DNA from: Mucisphaera calidilacus | GTDB taxonomy: Bacteria; Planctomycetota; Phycisphaerae; Phycisphaerales; Phycisphaeraceae | Assembly (NCBI RefSeq): GCF_007748075.1 | Contig: NZ_CP036280.1 | Location: 1,440,001 to 1,472,000 of the forward strand | Length of the DNA: 32,000 nt | Direction of reading: 5' to 3' | Shown here: piece after piece, positions 17,461 through 25,460 of the stretch | Layout of the letters: each line of letters starts with the position of its first letter | How positions within the stretch are numbered: the stretch's first letter is position 1 | Translations under genes and position numbers: made by a program | Notes under the pieces: generated by a model | Databases searched by the model: none | Seen by the model: only the letters and a program-made list of their open reading frames with translations | What the model was told of the DNA's origin: nothing

Positions 17461-17548
17461 CGCGGGCCGTCCTCTTGGGGTACGTAAGGCTCTGAATCAT
17501 AGAGCAATGGGCGCACGCTGCCAGCGGGATATCCGCTAGGCTGTGCCC

Positions 17549-18589
17549 ATGAAGTCAACCTCAAAACGTTCACGTGTCCGAGTGGTTGCCCCCTCCTCCA
17601 CCGTACCCCAGGTTGAGCTCGATATGGGCCTCAAACGCCTGGCCGACGCTGGCTTTGCCGCAGAGGTGGCGGATCAGGTGCGTGAGACGTGGTACCTCCA
17701 CGCGGGCACGGACGGTGCCCGTGCACAGGCGATCTACGACGCCGGACGCGATCCACACGTAGACATCCTCTGGTGTGCCCGTGGTGGCTACGGCGCTGCC
17801 AAGCTGTTGCCCCTCTTGGACGAGTTGACCGAGAAGCACGGCGCACCCGACCCGAAGCTGCTGATCGGGTATTCAGACATCACGATTCTCAACCACTACA
17901 CACGCCTGAAGTGGGGCTGGGGGACCATGCACGCCAACATGCCCGCAACGCTCAGCTTCAACTCGATGGCCGAATCGGAATTTGACACGACGATGAAGTG
18001 GGCCCGTGGCGAGCTCTGCGAGCCGGCCTGGTCCGGCCAGACCTTCGAGTACCTGGCCTGCCCGCCCAGCGAACCGGTGCGGGGCGAGGTCGTCGGCGGC
18101 AACGTCTCGGTCTGGAACAGCCTCTACGGGACACCATGGTCGCCCGGCTCGATCACCGGTAAAATCCTCTTCTTCGAAGACCTCAACGAATACCACTACC
18201 GGCTCGACGGTCTCGTGACCCACCTCCTCCAGGCGGGTGGCCTCGACGGCGTGGCGGGGATCGTGCTCGGCGACTTCACCAACTGCGACGATGAAGCCGG
18301 CACATGCCTCGCAGCACCCGTCGAGGGCGAAGAACGGTCGCTGCTGCTCAAGGAGGGACTCGATGCCCTGCCCGCAGAGCGTGCCCAGCCACTGCGCCCG
18401 CAGGTGCCTCAACGCGACGCCCTCGAACACATGCTCGTCGCCCCGGCCAGGGACCGTGGCATCCCGGTCATGAAAGGCCTGCCGGTCGGGCACGGCCCCG
18501 GCTTCGCACCGCTTCCACTGGGATCGGTCTTCGAGATGACGCCCGAGGGCGCGTTCAACCTCGTCTCGTGGGACTGGCTCTCCGAATAA
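17549..18589 (+). CDS. ldcA: LD-carboxypeptidase (peptidase S66, muramoyltetrapeptide carboxypeptidase-like)
   Basis: RVRVVAPSS, ILWCARGGYGA, LIGYSDITIL (nucleophile Ser), FFEDLNEYHYRLD and LPVGHGP follow the S66 LdcA pattern. The start is ATG 17549 or GTG 17543. Confidence 0.8.
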   Translation: MKSTSKRSRVRVVAPSSTVPQVELDMGLKRLADAGFAAEVADQVRETWYLHAGTDGARAQAIYDAGRDPHVDILWCARGGYGAAKLLPLLDELTEKHGAPDPKLLIGYSDITILNHYTRLKWGWGTMHANMPATLSFNSMAESEFDTTMKWARGELCEPAWSGQTFEYLACPPSEPVRGEVVGGNVSVWNSLYGTPWSPGSITGKILFFEDLNEYHYRLDGLVTHLLQAGGLDGVAGIVLGDFTNCDDEAGTCLAAPVEGEERSLLLKEGLDALPAERAQPLRPQVPQRDALEHMLVAPARDRGIPVMKGLPVGHGPGFAPLPLGSVFEMTPEGAFNLVSWDWLSE

Positions 18590-18595
18590 GCCTCG

Positions 18596-20020
18596 CTACC
18601 ACTGCTCCCAGCCGTAAATCAACATGCACGTGGCGTCCATCGTCTCGATAGCGCGCGTGTGATTGGCGCCGACGAGGTTGTTGAACACGAAGGCGTAGAC
18701 AATCCGCCGGCCGTCGGGCGTGTCGATATACCCGCTGCTGGAACGGACACCCGAGATGCTCCCGGTCTTGCCGCGGATGTTCCCCTCCGCCTCCTTCATC
18801 CGGTTGCGGAGCGAGCCGCTCTCACCAGCGACGGAGAGCGAGGCGTAGTAGTGATCAAAGTCCTTGTGATGACTCATCCGTGTGAGTAACTCAGACAGGG
18901 CCTTCGTCGAGACGCGGTTGTCGTGCGAAAGACCCGACCCGTCCACGATACGCATCGGCTCAAGTGCCTGGAAGCCACGCTCGCGGGCGTACGTCAGCAA
19001 CGCGTTACCCGCAGATCGGTAGTTGGTGTTCCGGGTGGCGAAAGCGATACGGATAAGACTGTCAGCCATCATGTTCTGGCTGTTGCTGTTGATACGTCGC
19101 AGCACATCCTCCATCGCGCTGCTGTGGACAGCGAGCGGCGGGTCGGTCAGACGCAGTTTCCGCCGGCTCTCAAGCCGACGGATCTCGCCCTCGACGACGA
19201 TGCCAAGCCGCGCGAGATGAGCCTTGAGCGCCTGCGCGAAGAACAGCCCGGGGTCGTCGACGGGCTTGTAGAAGGTACGCCGACGCGTGATCTTGCCCGA
19301 GACGATGTACTCGTGCTTACCCGCAACCTTGACGACCGAAAGCGGCTTGTCCCCTCCGGTCCGGTTGTGCACCGTGATCATCTCGGCATCGGGGATGTAA
19401 CTCACACGGCCCATGTTGTTGTCGATAGGCTCGATCAGGATGTCGATGCAGTTGTTGTTGAGGTTCAGGCCCGAGGACGGCGCCCCGTACCAGTGAAGCA
19501 GATTGCTGGCGGGCCAACTCGGGCAGAGCCACTCGTCGCCGAGGGCGGTGTCGTCATACATCAGGTCGCCGGCGATACGCGTCACGCCACGGTCCTTGAG
19601 AACAGCCGCCCACGCGTCGAACGTCGCGAGCATCGTCTTGCCCTGACGCTGCATGGTGGAGAGATCCCCGAAGGCCGGGTCGCCGCTCCCGACCACGATC
19701 AGATCGTCGCCATCGAGATACAGGTGGGTATCAAAAGTGACCTCGGGCCCGAGCTTGTCGAGCGCCGCCGCCGTGATGAACAGCTTGAGATTCGAGGCCG
19801 GCTTCACCGCCGTCGTCTCGTTCTGCTCGAAGATGACCTCGCCCGTGCGCAGGTCAACCACGCGCGCCGCGGCGAGGATGCCCTGCTGATCGATCCGATT
19901 AATCGTCGTTTCGATCTGCCGGCCAAGATCGGCGAGGTCGGCTCCGACCGGTGCGGCGGTCAGGAACACCAGCAAGGCGATTAGCAGCCAGCGCAGGGGC
20001 GTGGCCCGAGTGAGTGTCAT
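18596..20020 (-). CDS. dacB: D-alanyl-D-alanine carboxypeptidase/endopeptidase, PBP4 family (peptidase S13)
   Basis: SxxK in KPASNLKLFITAAAL, then DGSGLSHDNRVS, and KTG in RGKTGSISGVRSSSGY. Signal peptide MTLTRATPLRWLLIALLVFLTAAPVGA. GGAGA SD 5 nt upstream. Confidence 0.85.
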   Translation of the reverse strand: MTLTRATPLRWLLIALLVFLTAAPVGADLADLGRQIETTINRIDQQGILAAARVVDLRTGEVIFEQNETTAVKPASNLKLFITAAALDKLGPEVTFDTHLYLDGDDLIVVGSGDPAFGDLSTMQRQGKTMLATFDAWAAVLKDRGVTRIAGDLMYDDTALGDEWLCPSWPASNLLHWYGAPSSGLNLNNNCIDILIEPIDNNMGRVSYIPDAEMITVHNRTGGDKPLSVVKVAGKHEYIVSGKITRRRTFYKPVDDPGLFFAQALKAHLARLGIVVEGEIRRLESRRKLRLTDPPLAVHSSAMEDVLRRINSNSQNMMADSLIRIAFATRNTNYRSAGNALLTYARERGFQALEPMRIVDGSGLSHDNRVSTKALSELLTRMSHHKDFDHYYASLSVAGESGSLRNRMKEAEGNIRGKTGSISGVRSSSGYIDTPDGRRIVYAFVFNNLVGANHTRAIETMDATCMLIYGWEQW

Positions 20021-20038
20021 GGTTGTCTCCGGTCAGGT

Positions 20039-21568
20039 TTACTCGGTCGGCGGGGTCCAGTCGGGGCCGTGGACAAGAATACGGACGGCTTCGTCCTGGA
20101 GAGCGCGGGCCTGGCGCGATGTCGGGTTCCGGTTGTGAATAATCGAGAAGATCAGTTCCCGACCATCGTCGGTCATGGCATAGCCCGACAGAGCACTCGC
20201 ACCGGTGATGGTGCCGGTCTTGCCGCGGACCCTGCCCGGGATCTCGGTCAGCCGTCGCCGAAGCGTGCCGTCGACCCCGCCGATCGTCAGCGACGCCTTG
20301 AACACCGCCGCGTGCTCGTGGTGGTGCATCACCAGCAGCAGGTCCGAGATCATGCGTGCCGTCACCCGGTTGTTGTGCGACAACCCCGAACCGTCGGCCA
20401 TCACCAGCCCGATCGACTCAATACCCGCCTCCTCGAACCACGCCTCGACCGCCCGGCGACCCGAAAGCCACGAGCCCGGATAAGGCCGCCCCTGTGCCTC
20501 CTGAAGGCGCATGCCGGCGCTCTTCGCCAGAGCGTCGGCAAACAGGTTCATACTCGGCTTGTTGGTCCGCGCCAGAACCTCCGGCAGGGGGCTCTCGTGC
20601 GTGGCGATCAGACGCTCGTCGGACTCGATGTCGGTCTCTCCCGGCCAGGCACCCTTGCGCACTGTTCCCGTGACCTCGATGCCGTTGGCGATGAGGTGCG
20701 TGCGCAACGCGTCGCCGAAGAACAGCGCCGCATCCTGAACCGGCCGGCTGACAGTGATCGACTTCTTCAACTCGCCGGAAAGAACGTACGTGTTGAGTCT
20801 GGACAGCTTGTCGATACGCGTGGTCTCGTGAGGCTCCTCGCCGTCGTCGGTCGTCATGCGGTTGATAATCTCGACGTTGCTCACGGCCGGAACCAGCGTG
20901 ATCCGCACCGGCTTGCCCGGCGCGGTGGCATTCGCGGTGATGTCCAGGCAGTTGTCGTTCAGATTGATCGCGGAGACGGGGGCACCGTAGTAATACAGCA
21001 GGTCCTCGGGCCACCACGACGAATGCGTATGGAAGTCCTCAAAAGCAGACTCATCCAGAACGATGTCACCCGTCACCGTCGTGATGCCCCGCTCCTTGAG
21101 GGCCCGCGTCCAATGATCGAAGAACGCCGTGACCGTTTCGTCGCGCGCCTCGGCCATCGCCGGATCGCCCGTCGCCGGATCACCCGTGCCGATGACATAG
21201 AGATCATTCCCCTCGGCAGCGAGGTACGTCTTGAAAGCGTGCTCGGGCCCGAAGGTGTGCAGCGCAATCGCCGTGCTGATGATCTTCATGTTCGACGCCG
21301 GCTTGAGCGGCTGATCGATGTTGGCGGTCGCATAGAGTTCATCACCGGTCTCGGCATCGAGCACACGCGCCGCGACCACCGTCCCATGCTCGGCAAGCCG
21401 ATGTAGAGCCTCGTCCAGCCGCTCGGCAAGACGCTCGCCGGCAGCCGGCTCCGAAACCGGCTCGGGCTCCGGCTGGCCCGTAACCTCAACGCTGGCGGTG
21501 TTGGTCACGCAGCCGGCGGACAGCGCAACGAAGAGCAGCAGGGCGGTCCAGAGGATGCGTCGGGGCAT
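20039..21568 (-). CDS. dacB: Second PBP4-family D-Ala-D-Ala carboxypeptidase/endopeptidase (peptidase S13), predicted lipoprotein
   Basis: KPASNMKIISTAIAL, DGSGLSHNNRVT, RGKTGTITGASALSGY. The ATG at 21568 gives MPRRILWTALLLFVALSAGC (lipobox LSAGC) with GGAGAAG upstream. The ORF extension to 21790 is Arg/Ser-rich and overlaps spmB. Confidence 0.85.
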   Translation of the reverse strand: MPRRILWTALLLFVALSAGCVTNTASVEVTGQPEPEPVSEPAAGERLAERLDEALHRLAEHGTVVAARVLDAETGDELYATANIDQPLKPASNMKIISTAIALHTFGPEHAFKTYLAAEGNDLYVIGTGDPATGDPAMAEARDETVTAFFDHWTRALKERGITTVTGDIVLDESAFEDFHTHSSWWPEDLLYYYGAPVSAINLNDNCLDITANATAPGKPVRITLVPAVSNVEIINRMTTDDGEEPHETTRIDKLSRLNTYVLSGELKKSITVSRPVQDAALFFGDALRTHLIANGIEVTGTVRKGAWPGETDIESDERLIATHESPLPEVLARTNKPSMNLFADALAKSAGMRLQEAQGRPYPGSWLSGRRAVEAWFEEAGIESIGLVMADGSGLSHNNRVTARMISDLLLVMHHHEHAAVFKASLTIGGVDGTLRRRLTEIPGRVRGKTGTITGASALSGYAMTDDGRELIFSIIHNRNPTSRQARALQDEAVRILVHGPDWTPPTE

Positions 21569-21596
21569 GGAGCTTCTCCGTCGGCGGTGGCGTGGA

Positions 21597-22169
21597 TCAG
21601 GTGTTGAGGAGCTGGACAAAGATGATCGCAAGAATGATGGCACTGATGTCCGCGAGGATGCCCACCAGCGCCGCGTGCCGGATCTTCTTGATGCCCACGG
21701 CGCCGAAGTACACGGCGATGATGTAGAACGTCGTCTCTGTTGAACCGAAAACAACACCCGCGATCTTCGTCGCGACATGCTCCGGACCATACGTCTCCGC
21801 CATCCCAGCCAGGATGCCCGCCGAGCCCCCGCCCGTCAGCGGCCGCACAATGAACATCGCGAGCAACTCGGGCTGCGTCGGCACGCCGAGATAAACCAGC
21901 GTCGGCGCGAGAGTGTTCGCAATCATCTCAAGCCCGCCCGAAGCCTGGAGCATCTTGACCGCAAAGATGATCGCAACGAGGTAGGGGATGATCATCACAG
22001 CGACGTTGAAGCCCTCCTTGGCACCCGTCACAAACTCCTCGTACACGTTCACGCCACGCAGGATGCCGATGAGCGGGAAACCGACGAGCATCCCCATCAC
22101 GACCAACGTGCCGAAGTCGCCGCCATACTCCTTGAGTGGCGCCGTCAGGGTGTCAAAAAGCTCCATCAT
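21597..22169 (-). CDS. spmB: Nucleoside-recognition-domain membrane protein, SpmB-like
   Basis: Close motif similarity to B. subtilis SpmB: VYEEFVTGAKEGF, VRPLTGGGSAG, YGPEH...FGSTETTFYIIAVYFGAVGIKKIRHA. Its start overlaps the spmA stop (ATGATGA at 22164-22170). Confidence 0.8.
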   Translation of the reverse strand: MMELFDTLTAPLKEYGGDFGTLVVMGMLVGFPLIGILRGVNVYEEFVTGAKEGFNVAVMIIPYLVAIIFAVKMLQASGGLEMIANTLAPTLVYLGVPTQPELLAMFIVRPLTGGGSAGILAGMAETYGPEHVATKIAGVVFGSTETTFYIIAVYFGAVGIKKIRHAALVGILADISAIILAIIFVQLLNT

Positions 22170-23170
22170 GACGCACCCCCTTCGTCGCTGGCGGGCATGG
22201 GTTCGAGATTGGGATTGCTCCTCGCAAATGCCCCCATCCGCTCAAAGATCTTCGTCAGCACGATCGCGATACACAGCGAAAGCCCCGTGACAATCAGAAT
22301 CGTGACGTACAAGTCGATGGCGATCACGCCCATGATCGCCATCACCGTGATGGGCGGGATGAGCTGGATACTCGCGGTGTCCACCGCCATCAGCATCACC
22401 ATCGCATTCGTCGCCGTATCCTTCTTTGGATTCAGCGTCTGCAGCTCTTCCATCGCCTTGATGCCCAGCGGCGTCGCGGCGTTGCCCAGCCCAAGCATGT
22501 TGGCCGTCATATTCAGGGCGATCATCCCCATCGCCGGATGGTCCTTCGGCACGTCGGGGAACAGCGGACGCATGATCGGCCGCACAACCACCACGAGAAT
22601 CTCAATCAGCCCCGCCTTCTCCGCGATCCGCAGCAGACCCATGAACAGCGCCAGGATGCCGATGAGCTTGAGCGCGTAACCCGCCGCCCACTCCGCCCAG
22701 TCCATGCCCTCAGCGACCGAATTCTTGAGCTTGAGCAGCCGCGCGGAACTGAACTTGAGGGCGCTGCCATCCTCAACCAGCAGGGCGATCGACTCGCCCG
22801 ACCTGAGCACATTCGCGTCAATCGTGCTCAGCGTCGCCAGCGGCTCGGGGAACGACGCCTCAGCAGGGATACGCACCTCGATGTCGCCATCCACCGTCCT
22901 GCGGACCGCGACCTCCACGGGCGTGGCGAGTTGCTCGCCGATCGCGGCGATCTCCGCCTCATCCTCGATGCCGTAGTGGTCGACAAAGGCCCCCGGGTCC
23001 AGACTCATCGGGACGGTTTGAGCCGTCTCACCCAGATCAGGCGGAAGGTCGATCTCGACCGGCACGGGCACGCCGTTGCGGTAACGGTCGGTCGAGAGGT
23101 CACTGATGTCGGTATAGGAAGCAAAAAGCAGGGCCGCGAGAAGCAGCCCTGCCCAGATGTAATTCATCAT
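22166..23170 (-). CDS. spmA: Nucleoside-recognition-domain membrane protein, SpmA-like, with a ~125-residue insertion after TM1
   Basis: MMNYIWAGLLLAALLF... and GLLRIAEKAGL...RPLFPDVPKDHPAMG...ANMLGLGNAATPLGIKAMEEL match SpmA. About 125 extra residues (roughly nt 22721-23107) lie between the first TM helix and the conserved core. Confidence 0.75.
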   Translation of the reverse strand: MMNYIWAGLLLAALLFASYTDISDLSTDRYRNGVPVPVEIDLPPDLGETAQTVPMSLDPGAFVDHYGIEDEAEIAAIGEQLATPVEVAVRRTVDGDIEVRIPAEASFPEPLATLSTIDANVLRSGESIALLVEDGSALKFSSARLLKLKNSVAEGMDWAEWAAGYALKLIGILALFMGLLRIAEKAGLIEILVVVVRPIMRPLFPDVPKDHPAMGMIALNMTANMLGLGNAATPLGIKAMEELQTLNPKKDTATNAMVMLMAVDTASIQLIPPITVMAIMGVIAIDLYVTILIVTGLSLCIAIVLTKIFERMGAFARSNPNLEPMPASDEGGAS

Positions 23171-23226
23171 GTCAGCGGTTCCTTCACGCCCGCGATCTTA
23201 ACAATCTGCCGCCGGGCGTGATGGAT

Positions 23227-24255
23227 TTACCAGAGGTCCCACTTGTTCTGGTGATAGAAGTTGGTGTAGCCGGCGAGCGGCTCGTAGTCGGCGTAGCTGT
23301 CCTCGCCGCTGGCCTCGACGCGGATCGAGGTCAGCTCATCGACGCCGTAGACATAGTGCTGAATGGCACGATCCACACCGTCATCATCCTTGTCCACTTT
23401 CACCGCGGACGCATGGCCGTCGGCCCAGGCAACATTGATGCCGTCATCATGGCGGGCGTCAGCCGCGCCGCCCTGGATGTTCGGGCGATCGCCCGTGGGA
23501 TAGAGGTAACCAATCCCCTGCGTCGCTCCGCTGCCGTTGAGCCTGTCGGCGCTGCTGCCACCTCCTCCACCGCTGCCCGGCCGGCCAGTATTGCCGCTGC
23601 TGCTGCCCGCAACCTCGAGCGCACGGTTACGCGAGTCGGCGAACGCGATGGTTTCGCTGCCGCTCTTCACCGCACTCAGCCGAGCCGAGTAGATCTCGGT
23701 GCCGGGCACGGAATTCTGCTGAGCCATGCTCTCCTGATAAGGCGACGAAACCGACGCGCCTGAGAAACCCCATGCCCCCGTCAGAAAGAAGGCGTTCGCG
23801 CCGTAGTGGACCGTGTTCCACACGGGGTGCCCCGGGTGAGCCAGATCATTCGCTGTCGCCGACGCGGCATCACTGTCAATGCCGGCGTCGAGCAGGAAGT
23901 CATGCGAGGTCTCAAACCTCGGGCAGGTAAAGGTGCTCGATCCGGGCATGTAGCTACCCATGACCAGCTTGGATGACCACCACCAGTCTGTGCCGTAGTA
24001 ATTCCCCCTCGTCGCGTAGGGCGTGCCGTTCATGTTCTCGGCGTGCCGGACGTAATACTCGTTGTTGTCCGTGGCATACGAGTAGTTGGCGATCGCAAGC
24101 TGTCGCACGTTGGACAGACAGGCGATATTCCGCGCCGTGTTCCGCGCGGCCCCCAGCGCCGGGAGCAGGATGCCGATGAGCAGGGCGATGATCGAGATCA
24201 CCACAAGCAGCTCGATGAGCGTAAAAGCGCGGAGTTTGGTGGTCATGGCGTACAT
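23227..24255 (-). CDS. Prepilin-type N-terminal cleavage/methylation domain protein with H-X9-DG motif (DUF1559-like)
   Basis: [10 protein letters not shown]|[55 protein letters not shown] (nt 23416-23451) fits H-X9-DG. A Gly/Ser-rich stretch [12 protein letters not shown] is present. The ATG at 24255 has GAGG 6 nt upstream; 24246 is an alternative. Confidence 0.85.
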   Translation of the reverse strand: MYAMTTKLRAFTLIELLVVISIIALLIGILLPALGAARNTARNIACLSNVRQLAIANYSYATDNNEYYVRHAENMNGTPYATRGNYYGTDWWWSSKLVMGSYMPGSSTFTCPRFETSHDFLLDAGIDSDAASATANDLAHPGHPVWNTVHYGANAFFLTGAWGFSGASVSSPYQESMAQQNSVPGTEIYSARLSAVKSGSETIAFADSRNRALEVAGSSSGNTGRPGSGGGGGSSADRLNGSGATQGIGYLYPTGDRPNIQGGAADARHDDGINVAWADGHASAVKVDKDDDGVDRAIQHYVYGVDELTSIRVEASGEDSYADYEPLAGYTNFYHQNKWDLW

Positions 24256-24293
24256 ATAAAACCTCGTTCTGGGTGTCTTCTCGGTTGACAGGA

Positions 24294-24307
24294 CCTGCCG
24301 CGGCAGG
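24294..24307. promoter_or_regulatory. Perfect 14-bp palindrome in the divergent intergenic region (candidate operator or leader hairpin)
   Basis: CCTGCCG|CGGCAGG, directly after TTGACA (24285-24290) and followed by a second palindrome TTGAAATTCAA (24314-24324). It sits between the H-X9-DG gene (minus) and the amidase gene (plus). Confidence 0.2.
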
Positions 24308-24454
24308 CATCGGTTGAAATTCAATGACGCAGGCGGGGTGAACGACTTTTGCCTCGTTCAATAATGAAGTATAAGACCTAACAGGACGGATTGGCAATCA
24401 AGTTTTGTATTGGCCAGCGTTTAGGATCCGTTCTTACAACGATGGAGTCTTCTG

Positions 24455-25453
24455 ATGCCCCTTCCCGCTCGCATGACGCTGTTTATTCTGTTCCTGGGAC
24501 TAACCCTGATGACTGGATGCTCCACCACACCCGGCACGCAGGCCTTCGAACGCAAGGGCGACGAGATCGTCGCAGCGGGTCACTACTTCCACACCGGCGC
24601 CCCCGTCGTGCTCTGGACCGACCCCGGCGGCTACGACGCCTACCGCGTCGAACGCCGATTCGTCCCCTGGGAGGAATCCGACTGGGACAACAGCAAGGAA
24701 GTCGTCCGCGACCCCAACCGCTTCGGACTCCGACACAAGGGCGACTGGCCTGAAGAAACCCTCGAACAGATCCGTGGCGGCGGCTGGGACCTCCCCCTGC
24801 TCCAGCGGACCGTCGACCAGTTCGTCATCCACTACGACGTCTGCGGCACCAGCCAGAAGTGCTTCGACGTCCTGCACGACCGCCGCTGCCTTAGCGTCCA
24901 CTTCATGCTCGACATCGACGGCACCATCTACCAGACCCTCGACCTCAAGGAACGCGCCTGGCACGCCGGACACGCCAACGACCGCTCCGTCGGCATCGAG
25001 ATCGCCAACATGGGCGCCTACCGCGACCCCAACGCCTCGGTCTTCAGCACCTGGTACGGCAAAGACGCCAAGGGCCGCATCCGCATCACCATCCCCGAGT
25101 CGATGGGCGACGGCGGCGTGCGCACACCCGACTTCATCGGATACCCCAGCCGTCCCTATCAGGTCGAAGGCCCCGTGCAGGGCGAGACGCGTTACCAGTA
25201 CGACCTGACCGACGAGCAGTATGACTCGCTTATCAAGCTGACCGCCGCGCTCCACAAGATCTTCCCCCTCATCGAACTCGACTACCCCCGCGGACCCGAC
25301 GGCAAGCTGACCACCGTCATGGTCGACATGGAAGACCAGAAGGGCTTCCGCGGCCTCATCGGCCACTACCACCTCACCGACCGCAAGCAGGACCCCGGCC
25401 CCGCGTTCGACTGGGATCGCGTGGTCAAGGGCGCTAAAGCCGAATTGAAGTAA
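24455..25453 (+). CDS. N-acetylmuramoyl-L-alanine amidase (Amidase_2/PGRP fold), AmiD-like lipoprotein
   Basis: Lipoprotein signal MPLPARMTLFILFLGLTLMTGC. FVIHYDV...SVHFMLDIDGTIYQTLDLKERAWHAGHANDRSVGIEIAN and GHYHLTDRKQDPGPAFDW match Amidase_2 Zn-ligand and substrate motifs. GGAG 7 nt upstream. Confidence 0.8.
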   Translation: MPLPARMTLFILFLGLTLMTGCSTTPGTQAFERKGDEIVAAGHYFHTGAPVVLWTDPGGYDAYRVERRFVPWEESDWDNSKEVVRDPNRFGLRHKGDWPEETLEQIRGGGWDLPLLQRTVDQFVIHYDVCGTSQKCFDVLHDRRCLSVHFMLDIDGTIYQTLDLKERAWHAGHANDRSVGIEIANMGAYRDPNASVFSTWYGKDAKGRIRITIPESMGDGGVRTPDFIGYPSRPYQVEGPVQGETRYQYDLTDEQYDSLIKLTAALHKIFPLIELDYPRGPDGKLTTVMVDMEDQKGFRGLIGHYHLTDRKQDPGPAFDWDRVVKGAKAELK

Positions 25454-25460
25454 GCCTCAC

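Noticed and set aside
18923-21406. 353-aa and 445-aa plus-strand ORFs antisense to the two dacB genes
   Set aside because: These are shadow ORFs. The minus-strand frames carry complete SxxK/KTG PBP4 motif sets.
21569-21790. N-terminal extension of the second dacB ORF (MVRSMSRRRSRVLF...)
   Set aside because: It is an Arg/Ser-rich, non-protein-like segment that overlaps the 3' end of spmB. The internal ATG at 21568 has an SD and yields a proper lipoprotein signal peptide.
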